DNA from: Stramenopiles sp. TOSAG23-2
Taxonomy: Eukaryota
Reading direction: 5' to 3'
DNA length: 41,399 nucleotides
Assembly (NCBI GenBank): GCA_900128395.1
Contig: LT649302.1
Span: 1 to 41,399, forward strand
How positions within the stretch are numbered: position 1 is the first letter of the stretch; each line of letters opens with the position of its first letter. The notes below the pieces were generated by a model that made no database searches, had not been told where the DNA came from, and saw only the letters and a list, made by a program, of their open reading frames with translations. Positions 11,401 through 20,917 of the stretch are shown here, piece by piece. Position numbers and translations under genes: made by a program.

Positions 11401-13700
11401 TTAATCAGAAATAATATCTCTTCTTTACTCCAAGAGGGATTTGTATAATACAAACAGTGTTTCAGGGCATGATCCTTATCCCAATCAGTCTGTGGATTGT
11501 AATCCTTATTCACAATTTTTTCATCTGCTGGTGGGTATCCCCCTGTCTTCGCTTTCACGTATCCGATATCCCAATCAACGAAACGACCATCATGGTTGTT
11601 TGCTTCGTGTTCCCTTATATGAATTGTCCGCCTACCATACTTTTTCTTGTTCTTTTCTTTCATCTTTTGATAAATCTTTTCTGCATCTCTTTTTTTCTTC
11701 AACTTCTGGGCATTCAATTTCACGGGTATTTCCGGTACAACGGGTGGCGGTACCGGCGGTGGCTTGTCAGATTGGTACCATGATGATCTTGGCGCGTTGA
11801 CTTGTATTTTGTCGGACTTTTTCTTGTTCTTTTCTTTCATCTTTTGATAAATCTTTTCTGCATCTCTTTTTTTCTTCAACTTCTGGGCATTCAATTTCAC
11901 GGGTATTTCCGGTACAACGGGTGGCGGTACCGGCGGTGGCTTGTCAGATTGGTACCCTGATGATCTTGGTGCGTTGACTTGTATTTTGTCGGACTTGTTT
12001 TTATCATTATCGACATCACTAGATAATTGTAGCATGGGTAATTCTAATGTTGAAGTCGATGCGGACGGTGGTAGCGGGGCACAGGTATCTTTTTTCAAAG
12101 GATTTTGATAATTGATCATTTCATCTAAATCATCATCAATAGCAAATACAATGCCATCGTTTCCATTCCCATCATTATCGACTGGATTTGCATTAGTAGA
12201 ATTGCTACCTGGTGGTTTATCAAGAATTTCTTCAATGTTGTAAAAATCATCGCCATCCCTGTACACAGTACTATTCCCATACGGAACAATACCATCAGTT
12301 TCACTCTCACCCATCATCATTTCATTTTCATTGTGAGACACAAAACTATTGTCATCTTTTTTATTATAATTGTTATCCACAAAATGGCGTGAGGTTTTTT
12401 TCTTTGTAATGTGTACATTAGTCACATTAAACATACCTCTGGTTCCACCATCACTAATATTAACATCAACATCTGACGATGTATTACCCATGTATGCATG
12501 GGTTGATTTTTTTTTCTCCATAATTTGTACATTAGAATCATTGAACATACCTCTCCCATTACTGGTCAGAGATGGAGAAGTCGATTCCACTCCCGTCGTA
12601 GGATTACACAACACATGTCGTAGACTGGAAAACGATGGTACAACCTTTGGCCCACTCGCAACCCTTGGCTTTTTATTTACCCTCTTCTTTTGAACATTTT
12701 TGAACGTGTTCTTTGCCCTCTTCTTTTTAACATTTTTGAACGTGTTCTTTACCCTCTTCTTCTTAACATATCTAAGACTACTATTACTTGGTTGCATCAT
12801 ACCCCGTCCAACGTTTCTTACGGGTGGTTTTATATTGGTTCGTCTTGTAAATGCCGAAGTGAAATTTGAAGTTTTCTTACCACCATATATCGACATAGTT
12901 GGTACATCCCTTTTATTTTGCCTCAAATATTGGGCACGTAATTTTTTCTGTTTTTTTATAGCAGAGTCCCAAGCTTTTCTCATTGACTTTTTTGTCTCTA
13001 CTGACATTAATTTACCAAGATTATTAGCCTTTGGCTCTATCAGCGAGAACGATTCTGTTTTAGAATTATCAATAATTGGAGAGGAGGAACTAATACCGCC
13101 GCCGCCAATAGAAGAAGAAAGAATAGGTTTATTAATATTTAAATATGGAGCAACTATGTTGGAACCAGCCGAATTACCCTCCAATTGATGGATATTTGCA
13201 TTGTTATTTGCTAATACAGATGATGTCGGCAAGTGGAGTGCGGTGTTCGTTGCATTTATGTGTTGATCATAGGTTGGGCTTAAATTGTACGTTGTGGATG
13301 ATAGCGTTTGTTGTGGCAATACCACAGAGTTTAACAGTGGAGCTTGTAATTGCGTATTTTGCATTATAGGCGTGTTTTTCACAATACTATTATTATTACT
13401 CAGAGCAGGTGCGGGTTGTATGTTTGCGTTGTTAACGAGGATTGTTAAATTATTTGGAACCGAAGTAACACCAGCATTAATACGCGGTGCTGCAGGGAAT
13501 GGATTTGTGTAATTGAACGAATGAACAACCGGATTATTTATCGTGTGGTATACAGGAGGAGGTACATAGTCATTTAAACCTCTTGCTTGCATAGTCCTTA
13601 ATTGTATAATCTGTTGTTCCTGGCGGCGCAACTGTGTTTGAACCATTTGTTGCTGCCAGCTCAATTGCTGTGGTGGTGATTGTCCATGTTCTAAATACAT
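8487..13700 (-). CDS. Large nuclear protein with five SANT/Myb-like and three Tudor/Agenet-like domains (1737 aa)
   Basis: Myb/SANT-like starts WSKEEILFL, WPLTDLKVL, WSLIDIRYL, WKKSQIQTL and WTVRQMKRM. Tudor-like segments GKVVHARY..FYEAKV..DGTLKVKF, GNVVSVPY..YRAHI..VVSYDNED and GTRIKVK..WHRGYV..YDIDFDDG. Low-complexity Q/N/P N-terminus and basic NLS-like tracts. Confidence 0.82.
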   Translation of the reverse strand: MYLEHGQSPPQQLSWQQQMVQTQLRRQEQQIIQLRTMQARGLNDYVPPPVYHTINNPVVHSFNYTNPFPAAPRINAGVTSVPNNLTILVNNANIQPAPALSNNNSIVKNTPIMQNTQLQAPLLNSVVLPQQTLSSTTYNLSPTYDQHINATNTALHLPTSSVLANNNANIHQLEGNSAGSNIVAPYLNINKPILSSSIGGGGISSSSPIIDNSKTESFSLIEPKANNLGKLMSVETKKSMRKAWDSAIKKQKKLRAQYLRQNKRDVPTMSIYGGKKTSNFTSAFTRRTNIKPPVRNVGRGMMQPSNSSLRYVKKKRVKNTFKNVKKKRAKNTFKNVQKKRVNKKPRVASGPKVVPSFSSLRHVLCNPTTGVESTSPSLTSNGRGMFNDSNVQIMEKKKSTHAYMGNTSSDVDVNISDGGTRGMFNVTNVHITKKKTSRHFVDNNYNKKDDNSFVSHNENEMMMGESETDGIVPYGNSTVYRDGDDFYNIEEILDKPPGSNSTNANPVDNDGNGNDGIVFAIDDDLDEMINYQNPLKKDTCAPLPPSASTSTLELPMLQLSSDVDNDKNKSDKIQVNAPRSSGYQSDKPPPVPPPVVPEIPVKLNAQKLKKKRDAEKIYQKMKEKNKKKSDKIQVNAPRSSWYQSDKPPPVPPPVVPEIPVKLNAQKLKKKRDAEKIYQKMKEKNKKKYGRRTIHIREHEANNHDGRFVDWDIGYVKAKTGGYPPADEKIVNKDYNPQTDWDKDHALKHCLYYTNPSWSKEEILFLINSVNKGVTFHEISDALPTKSKQACQVKTRRMIEKDRRMFARSFDDLGFFDSMVRKSPAIYIRRGPQASKRPLQNGTSRSSGSSSSRNNINKNDLQNTDQCITVNNRKYRKVPVVKGKGFKTMNNRKFTENEPWAHFVSSTYGKLDLVLLSRIATQHWPLTDLKVLFNGAKNGTCILKLCEQLKRSPQALIVKLKRVKEKIPQMFGDTYEDNTSKQALSSDFNLPASNNAFGKKSLEIDESNIIQNTRGNTKRKRKQVVSFNPTVYDKDVGGNGSSKVKYDNRPRKKSRSEILRQLEMPGTNSAASLPSRRVAIRAPTTTTTRTRTTTTTTTTTTLTAADAVAARTRKMYCKRAQKEHAFRVQNMEAMSCYHYASEMVGMKLEKLVGKVVHARYRKASLDGYQEFYEAKVKRLNDDGTLKVKFKHSDGDIQQLRVLPCDIIECLRIIGVRDLQSNSVVIGNVVSVPYFYCGKRDNAFTGLYRAHIVRYNIPNRVIVVSYDNEDDHEERIPLEYVYALPHGEYSQGDPMNLKDSDLRFAVNAMWNLMQVKKIKYQTDRSVGLLMIARSVHKDSHLLLTKIESMNKENPNVISDYTCKFYTEQGKEEGVGPKSERLKAGTRIKVKLNEWKTWHRGYVDKVRGVKYDIDFDDGERRTNVKRNQIRVLGNGYSKKNNHVRKHVNDGADDLVNRKATRKPRWNDDISSDDEDIVYSSTERDATNLESDDEDNNIKTNRRSKGPDNSIWQNICRTEVQKVDDSILADLTYTNAWSLIDIRYLVNAARCHYHFNDVVKHLKKTPNSIFLKFRRMLKKVPTLSLKTLKAVLNEKHKVKYRKKNDWKKSQIQTLVKLRKEGKSFEEIGRILGKTYRLCYHKFKGLGKKYPKLKRYLFSLKRRKDKDEKMRTAKLNPTDEQLEETANYSWTVRQMKRMIAAIQNGHSFETCAATFKNPRRTTNAIKRKYERLVEKFGEMEED
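11639..11996. repeat. In-frame 177-bp (59-aa) tandem duplication with two substitutions
   Basis: SDKIQVNAPRSS(G/W)YQ...KEKNKKK occurs twice, with differences at 11780/11957 and 11793/11970. Confidence 0.95.
12676..12769. repeat. Coding 36-bp repeat, ~2.6 copies (VKKKRVKNTFKN; NLS-like)
   Basis: Period-36 repeat seen in DNA and protein. Confidence 0.85.
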
Positions 13701-13896
13701 CTTCCTCCTAATTTTTCGATGTATCCTCCTGCAATCTCGTATGATCTAAATGTGATACAGATGTATTGATCTTTCTAATTCATTGACAATATTTATTTTA
13801 TCTTAAATCTATCATGTTGTGCTGCCATTTGCAGGTAGAATCGTATCAATCAAAAACATATGCTTTTTTTTTCGGTGGCGAGTGGCAATCGAGTTT

Positions 13897-14003
13897 AGTG
13901 CTATCTCCATATTAATCATAATTATTTATTATTTTGTATAATCTAAATAAGTGCTATCTCCATATTAATCATAATTATTTATTATTTTGTATAATCTAAA
14001 TAA
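13897..14003. repeat. Perfect tandem duplication, 53-bp unit
   Basis: AGTGCTATCTCC...TCTAAATA starts at 13897 and again at 13950. Confidence 0.93.
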
Positions 14004-14438
14004 CCTGTCCTATCTATATATTTTAAAAAAAGTATTATTTTATTCATCCTATCGCAGTATAGTATATTATTTAGAGGTACAATACCAGAGGCCCCCCCAA
14101 AAAATTCTGGCTCTCCAGGCTCTGTCTAATTAAAGCATCTCCTCTCTGTGTGCCGCCATACTATGCCATAGCATATGTCACATTATTTATTTACTATAAT
14201 ACATTTTTTTTTTTTTTATTACGACTAAAAAACGTGCAAACGTGCAAACGTGCAAACCACAGAAACAACTAAACTTTCAAATACAAAATATTAAATATCA
14301 AATATCACACATTCACCTACTTTTAATAGAGCTACCATCATAATACATCTTTCCTCCAATTATTCATACAAACAAAAATTAAATTTAATAATATCATAGA
14401 TATTATACTGTTTAAAAGTTTCAACAGAAAATTAAAGA

Positions 14439-15056
14439 ATGATAAAGAAAAAAATAAATAATTTTATTATATTATTGATTTTATCAATATTTTTGTCATT
14501 TGCTAACTTCAGTGTCTTTGCACATTTACGACGTCAACAAAAAAGTAATATAAATAATAAATACGAATGGAAAGATGGTTATCGAGATACATCATATGAC
14601 CCAGGTTATGGTCTTGACATGGGTGTAACAGGGAAGGATATGTATAGTGGATTGGGTCATATCAATGGTTTTGATAAGAAAATTTGTTCCTTTGGCGATA
14701 GTGGTAACGATGCGAAGAATATTTTTGATATAGGACATAAACTTGCTATGAACCATCGATATCGAGATTCAGCTGATTGTTTTCAACATGCTATAAAAAA
14801 TTGGTGGAAAGTTGTACGTAATACAAACAACCCTATTGGTACTAATAATAATGCAAGACAGCGATTTCAACCCGCAGGGACTGCCGATGTACAAAATGTA
14901 GAAAGGCACTTGAAAGGGATGTGGGAAAGACAGCGAGATAGAATACCAAAGAGTCAACAAAAGAGAATAAATGGTGTAATGGCTACTGATAAAAATCAAG
15001 TTCCACCGCAATTACTGTGGCTAAAAGAACAGAAAGCAAAAAATGCTGGAACATAA
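14439..15056 (+). CDS. Secreted protein of unknown function (205 aa)
   Basis: Basic-hydrophobic signal peptide ending ..VFA, and a single TPR-like segment (AKNIFDIGHKLAMNHRYRDSADCFQHAIK). Confidence 0.75.
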   Translation: MIKKKINNFIILLILSIFLSFANFSVFAHLRRQQKSNINNKYEWKDGYRDTSYDPGYGLDMGVTGKDMYSGLGHINGFDKKICSFGDSGNDAKNIFDIGHKLAMNHRYRDSADCFQHAIKNWWKVVRNTNNPIGTNNNARQRFQPAGTADVQNVERHLKGMWERQRDRIPKSQQKRINGVMATDKNQVPPQLLWLKEQKAKNAGT

Positions 15057-15645
15057 TATCTAGAAGAAACAAAAGGTGCCGTTTTATTTAAAATATATGT
15101 ATATACATAGCACAATATATATAGAATGTATTGTCTACGAATTCGTATATATATATATATTTACTATCATAGATATATGACCCGGTTTATCTGAGAGAGA
15201 CTTTCCAGTTGTCAAATAAATTTTTAGTATACTAATAAGTACAAATCACACATATTTTACTATCAAACCTCGTGCTTTATAATTCCTAGATCTCCCAAAA
15301 ATCATGAATTTTTGGAAAATTTGTGACATTTTTATTTTTAATCCAAGAAGATGATATAAACGCACTCTTGGAATTGAGCATTTTTATAAAGGGCACGACG
15401 GTGATTTTATACATATAAAGAATATTTTTTTTGATCAACAGAAAGTGAAATGACACAATGGTGAAGTTGTACAATAATGATATTATTTGCCTCAGTTAAA
15501 TATCATACGAACGTATGATATGCCTGTGAAATATTCTTTTGAAGAGTAGGGAATTATTTCATATTTGAGTAAATTAAAAAATAAAAACTATGTACGACAC
15601 ACTTCTCTATCCTCTTCCCGATTTTAGGCATGCTGTTCAGAGAGC

Positions 15646-17301
15646 TTAATCTTCACGATCCATTTTCTTTCTCTTTTTCTTCCTATTCATTTGATCTTGA
15701 TGAGAAAATTGCCTTCGTCTTATACCACCTGGACGTCGTACAACATGTTGATAATTAATAAGAAGTTGTACTTTTTCATAAACATCATGTACTAAATTTG
15801 TATCATCTAGTTGACGTAGTGTAGTATGAACACTTTTATCATGATAATAAACAGAATATTCATGTTCTGGTATTTCATCAAATGGCAATTTGATTTCCCA
15901 TGGTTCGCCTTGTTTTGCTAATTCTTCTTTTTGTTGCTCTTCCTTCGTTTGTGCATTGTCACCATCCACTTTTTTCTCACTTGTTTTTGGTTTTGCATCG
16001 ATCATGAAAACGGATGTACAATATGCCCAAAGTTTTGCTGCTTCCGAACCGAACGATCCATGTGTGCCACCTAGTAAAAGGCACGGAACTTTATTTCTAT
16101 TAAATACTAAATCTTTGAGCACTTTCATGCACTTGACCAAACCACGTGAAGTTAAATTAAAATCACCATTTATATCACCACCTAAAGCACTTGGATCGAC
16201 AACGCATACAACTACTTGCGGTTCATATACTTTACGAATTTCCTCCATAGTACTTTCAAATGATTTGAAATATATTTCATCAGTTACACCACGAGCCATT
16301 GGAAGATTCAAATGGAATTTCTTCCCTTGGCCGTGACCATTATCACGCACATCACCACTAGCCATCTTCTCTGAATGCATGGACAATGTCACGATGCGAT
16401 TCGATGTGTAAAATGCTTCCTCCACCGCTTCGCAATGATGATAACTAAAACTAACATATAAAATTCGATCAAATTTTTCTAACAATTCTAGGCAAACTAA
16501 TACCGAATCATTAATAAAATTACCTCCACAACTTTCATCTCGTTTTGCTAATTGCATTCCACCCATCCAATTGATGGCAACATCTGCTCTACCTTTTGTA
16601 ATCAAGCGAGCCGCTTCAATAGATGCGCCGCAAACTAGTGTACAAGCTTCCAAAGTCCCTGGTTTTACTATAGTATCCTCGGATGATGGATTGTTGAAAT
16701 TAAACCTTTTCTGTAAATGAGCTGGAACGATATTTGGATTTTCAGGATGTAAACATAACTCTCTTAAATGATAGACATATTTATCAGAATGATATTTGGT
16801 CATATATTGTGGTGCCAAAGTTTTTGGTTGTAACACTTGCATGCAAATATTGTCCATCATGCCATATGCTTTTAATAATTCGTATGTCAACTTAAAACGT
16901 TGATGACTCGGTAAACCAGGCACAAAAGCTTCCATAGTATTAATAGTTTCATCGTAAAAATATGCAATACGACGTGGATCTTTAGTCAATGCTTCATACT
17001 CTTTCCTCGCTTCGTTGGAGACAACCGACAACGGTTCTTTTCCTAACAAGTTATCAACATTAATACCTTCCAAACGTGGGTCGGTGGGTGGAACATACTC
17101 ATTGCTTGAATATGGTTTATTGCCCGCTGCCGAATTATATTTTATTTGTGCCTCTTTGAATAATTTTTTTTGCTCTTGCGTTCTTTTATCATGAACTTCT
17201 TTCATAACATCCCCATCTTTGGTTGCTGTTGCGTCCGTAACATTCGTTTCCTCCGTCGTCTTGTCAGGGGCACTCTCACTGTTCTCTTCTGTTTGCATCA
17301 T
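15646..17301 (-). CDS. Class I (RPD3/HOS2-type) histone deacetylase homolog with a degenerate active site (551 aa)
   Basis: HDAC scaffold motifs: YHSDKYV, GASIEAA, AINWMGG, AVEEAFYTSNRIVTLSMH, GQGKKFHLNLPM, FNLTSRG. The catalytic residues are substituted. Confidence 0.9.
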   Translation of the reverse strand: MMQTEENSESAPDKTTEETNVTDATATKDGDVMKEVHDKRTQEQKKLFKEAQIKYNSAAGNKPYSSNEYVPPTDPRLEGINVDNLLGKEPLSVVSNEARKEYEALTKDPRRIAYFYDETINTMEAFVPGLPSHQRFKLTYELLKAYGMMDNICMQVLQPKTLAPQYMTKYHSDKYVYHLRELCLHPENPNIVPAHLQKRFNFNNPSSEDTIVKPGTLEACTLVCGASIEAARLITKGRADVAINWMGGMQLAKRDESCGGNFINDSVLVCLELLEKFDRILYVSFSYHHCEAVEEAFYTSNRIVTLSMHSEKMASGDVRDNGHGQGKKFHLNLPMARGVTDEIYFKSFESTMEEIRKVYEPQVVVCVVDPSALGGDINGDFNLTSRGLVKCMKVLKDLVFNRNKVPCLLLGGTHGSFGSEAAKLWAYCTSVFMIDAKPKTSEKKVDGDNAQTKEEQQKEELAKQGEPWEIKLPFDEIPEHEYSVYYHDKSVHTTLRQLDDTNLVHDVYEKVQLLINYQHVVRRPGGIRRRQFSHQDQMNRKKKRKKMDRED

Positions 17302-18482
17302 CCTGTTACTATTTCTATGTCTTTTACTTCTTTTTTAATATATATATATATATATAGACGATGTATATATTTTGACATAGTATTCGTAGTATCTATATAT
17401 TTGTTAACTTATTTTTATTTTGTTAACTCTATTATTCATTACCGTAGTGGTAGTAATTTTTTTAATAATAAACAACAGAAGAGGAGTGGAGGCTGGCTGG
17501 CCTGACTGGGCTGGAGAAGGGAGGGACGTGAGTAGTCTAAGAAAGGAGCATACTGTGTAATATTTTGATTTTCATGGCATTCCATCCAGCATTCCATCAC
17601 ATCATTCCAGGCCTTAGGCATTCCACAGATTCTTCTTCTTTTTGGTTGGCTGTACTCTGGTACTGTAGGAAGTAACTGCTTCATGCTATATATTTTTTAA
17701 AAGAACGTTATTTGAGTTATACCAGTCCTGGCAGTAAACACGTTACATGAGACACATTTTAATTTCAAAAGGTATATGAAAATAGAAAAAGAAACGACAG
17801 AAAGATCATGCATGTATGTATAAACAAACAAACGTAGATAAGAGAATAAATATATATATATATATATATATATGTAAAGATGAATGATAAACAACAAGAA
17901 CAAAATTTTCCCTCTTCTTCCATAATTAAAGATGTGGATAATAAGTTTCTTTAAGCAAAATATACCCTGATGTAGAAATGACATTATTCATGATCAAATC
18001 GACTAGTTGTGGATTGCCTTTTCTACTCATTTTGTATGGCAAAAGCTATTAAAATACTACGTATATTGAATGTTGGTATAATATTTGTATCTATGTAGAT
18101 TAATATTGTACGATATGTGTTTTATTTTTATTTTTTTGTTAACTAGTTTTTAATGTATAAATTTTTTTCTCCCTCTTTATATATATGAGGCTTATGTGGT
18201 GATCATATATATAAATACATTGAGCTTAGTAAATATAGTAATAAATATATGTCATATAAAATATATATTGTGTGTGTATAAACATATATGTGATGTGTGT
18301 GGTGTTTGTTCCTTGTCAATGCTAAAACAATGCTAAATACACGGCACATGACGGATTTTATACCATATGGATTGAACAAAATCTTACACATCATAGAAAC
18401 AACTGGTCATACTTTTTTTCAGAGAGAACTCTGTTTTTTTAAAATTATTATAAACCTTAAACTATGCAAATATGAATATTAA

Positions 18483-19086
18483 AGGTGTGGAATATAGAGC
18501 TATTGCCTGTATTGGCTGCAAAACCTATTTCTTTTGTAGTCTAAGCATCGAAGAAACTTTGAAAAATATATAAATATTTTCCTAATATCTCCGTTTTTTA
18601 TGAAAATATAGAAAATTTATAAAATACATATAAATCCAATAAATTTCCTGAGATTGAATTTACCTATTTAATCTATATAATTTGTACCAATACACTACAT
18701 AAATAATATTATACATAATTTTGTACATATTAAGGTATATATTTCCATTACAATATATTTTTATTGTTTTACCTTTTATTTATAATATCCAAATATATCA
18801 AATATACGACTAAAATTACCATTTTGGTACATTAAATAGCACTAAATGATTTAAATATCCGCTTTTGTCAATTTATTTGTGGTATATTGACCAGTTTTAA
18901 TAATTTACGAATGGCAAAACGTAATATATTTTGGGCGGTCAATGCTATTACCTGTTAATGGAAAGTTGGAGATACGCCCCAAATTTGGGGCGTATCTCCA
19001 AGACTTAAGGTTAATTCCCACAAAAAGACTACTATACTTGATAGGGTTTGCAGCCAATACAGGCAATAGCTCTATATTCCACACCT
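18483..19086. mobile_element. Non-autonomous DNA transposon (MITE), Kolobok/T2-like, 604 bp
   Basis: 46-bp terminal inverted repeats with one mismatch (AGGTGTGGAATATAGAGCTATTGCCTGTATTGGCTGCAAA(A/C)CCTAT at 18483-18528 and 19041-19086). TTAA lies on both sides (18479-18482, 19087-19090). The interior is AT-rich and non-coding. Confidence 0.8.
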
Positions 19087-19290
19087 TTAAGTACATAACT
19101 TTCCTGTATAAAAATATACGCCAAAAAGCCAAAAGATATGTATTTTTTTTACATTCTTATAAATATATATATATACCTGTGTGGATATGGAGATACACAT
19201 AGAAAAATGCAGATCTTTATTAATTATTGAAAATAAAGTAATAACATCCGTTTATAAACAGATTCTCCTGTATAACAAAAAATATTAAAA

Positions 19291-19743
19291 ATGACAATAT
19301 TAAAACATGTACCCCGTATCATTCCACCACGTTTATTATATGTGCTTGCACAAATGGGACATGGTGACGAAATTGTTTTAGCAGATGCAAATTTTCCAGC
19401 TGCTTCAACTGCGCGAAATTGTGAGTTAATTAATTGTGATGCTGTTACCGTTCCTCAATTATTGAAAGCAGTTTGTACATTGATGCCACTCGATACATAT
19501 GCCTCGCCTGCTGCTGTTATGCAAGTAACGCCACAAGATCAAGGAAAAGTGCAAACGCCAGTATGGGATGAATTTAAAGGTATTATTGAAGCTTCAGAAG
19601 GAAGAAGCATTGAGTTGGAAGAGGTAGAAAGATTTGCATTTTATGAACGTGCAAAAACTGCACAATGTATAGTCTCGACTGGTGAATCAGCTTTATATGG
19701 TAATTTGATTCTAAAGAAAGGTGTGTTAGGGCCAGAAGAGTAA
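19291..19743 (+). CDS. FUOM: L-fucose mutarotase (RbsD/FucU family)
   Basis: Signature MGHGDEIVLADANFP, ERFAFYERAK and TGESALYGNLILKKGV; typical 150-aa length. Confidence 0.95.
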   Translation: MTILKHVPRIIPPRLLYVLAQMGHGDEIVLADANFPAASTARNCELINCDAVTVPQLLKAVCTLMPLDTYASPAAVMQVTPQDQGKVQTPVWDEFKGIIEASEGRSIELEEVERFAFYERAKTAQCIVSTGESALYGNLILKKGVLGPEE

Positions 19744-19752
19744 ATATATATA

Positions 19753-19782
19753 GAAGTTCGTATAATTCGTACGAACTTCGTA
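19753..19782. promoter_or_regulatory. Representative TACGAA/TTCGTA dyad cluster between convergent genes (candidate 3'-end or boundary element)
   Basis: GAAGTTCGTA-N7-TACGAACTTC inverted repeat overlapping TACGAA-C-TTCGTA. The same dyad occurs at 353, 8432, 15136, 31985 and 32099. Confidence 0.5.
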
Positions 19783-19864
19783 ATTTTTGTGTGTGTAAAA
19801 ACGTTATATTAAAATATATACATTTTTTGAAATATTATGTGTGCATATGAAATATTTTTTTTAT

Positions 19865-20917
19865 TTAAAATACATTTAACCTGCCACTATTTTTATTTGT
19901 TGTTCTTGTCACCATACTCATATTTTTTTGCAACAATAATTCGATATTAGGAGATACAATTAATCGTTCCTGTATGTCTCCCATCCGTTCAAATTGACCA
20001 TTTTTCACATCTATATGAACCATCTCACGATACGTATGAACTGATGGTCCTTTTGTAACATCAAACACATACTGACCAATTACAAGTTCCATTTTACCAG
20101 ATTTATAACGACGTAATTTTCCCATGTTGCCTGATGGCAATTGATTCAAAAATTGTTCCTTACCAGATGATATTTTAGTAGCTCCTTGACCTACAAATTG
20201 TGCTTGTTCATCCTTAACACCATTATTTGTATCATTTTGATTTTCACTTTTTGCTCTACTTCTACCGCCTTTTCCTTTTGATTTGTTGTTATTGTCATTT
20301 AAATCATTATTTGAATTGCCATTTTTCATATTATTATTATTATTTGCTTCGTTCTTTTTACTATTATTATTATTGTTGTTCCTGTCTGTCGTATTACCAT
20401 TAAATATTGCTTTCACATGGGGCAAAGGTGGTAATTGAATTAAAAACAGTCCATCATTTTCCAGCAGGTTTTTTGTTTCATCTGAATGTTTTTCTGCATT
20501 GTCGTTTGATGTATTGTTATTATTATTATTGTCATCATCGTCATCATCATCATCATCATCATCAATAATCATTGTTCTTTTGTTTCTCTTTTTTTTCTTA
20601 CCGCCTATTTTCTTATTGTTATTATTATTATTATTATTTTTATTACGGTCAGAAATTTCATTTTTAGTTTGACTTGGAATACATAATGGTGAATATTGAG
20701 GAGCATTTTGTACTGGTGGAGGCCATTGTACTACATTCGATGTGGAGCGTTCATTTTTAATTTGATTTGCCCTTGCATTTTCTTCCCTTTGTTTCTTACT
20801 AATACGTTTTTTCTTCTTTTTACCACTATTAGTATTAGGTGAAAGATTAGAATTATTATTATTATTATCAGTGGAGGGAGATGATTTATTATATCTACTC
20901 GATTTTCTTCTCGACAT
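19865..20917 (-). CDS. POLR3D: RNA polymerase III subunit RPC4/C53
   Basis: LFLIQLP motif and the C-terminal GNMGKLRRYKSGKMELVIG..FDV..G..RLIVSP domain, preceded by a low-complexity N-terminus. Confidence 0.88.
   Translation of the reverse strand: MSRRKSSRYNKSSPSTDNNNNNSNLSPNTNSGKKKKKRISKKQREENARANQIKNERSTSNVVQWPPPVQNAPQYSPLCIPSQTKNEISDRNKNNNNNNNNKKIGGKKKKRNKRTMIIDDDDDDDDDDDNNNNNNTSNDNAEKHSDETKNLLENDGLFLIQLPPLPHVKAIFNGNTTDRNNNNNNSKKNEANNNNNMKNGNSNNDLNDNNNKSKGKGGRSRAKSENQNDTNNGVKDEQAQFVGQGATKISSGKEQFLNQLPSGNMGKLRRYKSGKMELVIGQYVFDVTKGPSVHTYREMVHIDVKNGQFERMGDIQERLIVSPNIELLLQKNMSMVTRTTNKNSGRLNVF

Noticed and set aside
17439-17984. Short ORFs in the HDAC-FUOM spacer
   Set aside because: They cross TA microsatellites and have no recognisable motifs, so they are likely non-coding promoter sequence.
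18966-19010. Palindrome as a Helitron 3' hairpin
   Set aside because: There is no CTRR terminus at the expected distance, the palindrome is longer than typical, and it lies within a TIR-bounded element.
18905-19202. ORFs 18905-19132 and 18942-19202 as a transposase remnant
   Set aside because: They are short, cross the TIR boundary, and show no DDE or zinc-finger motifs.
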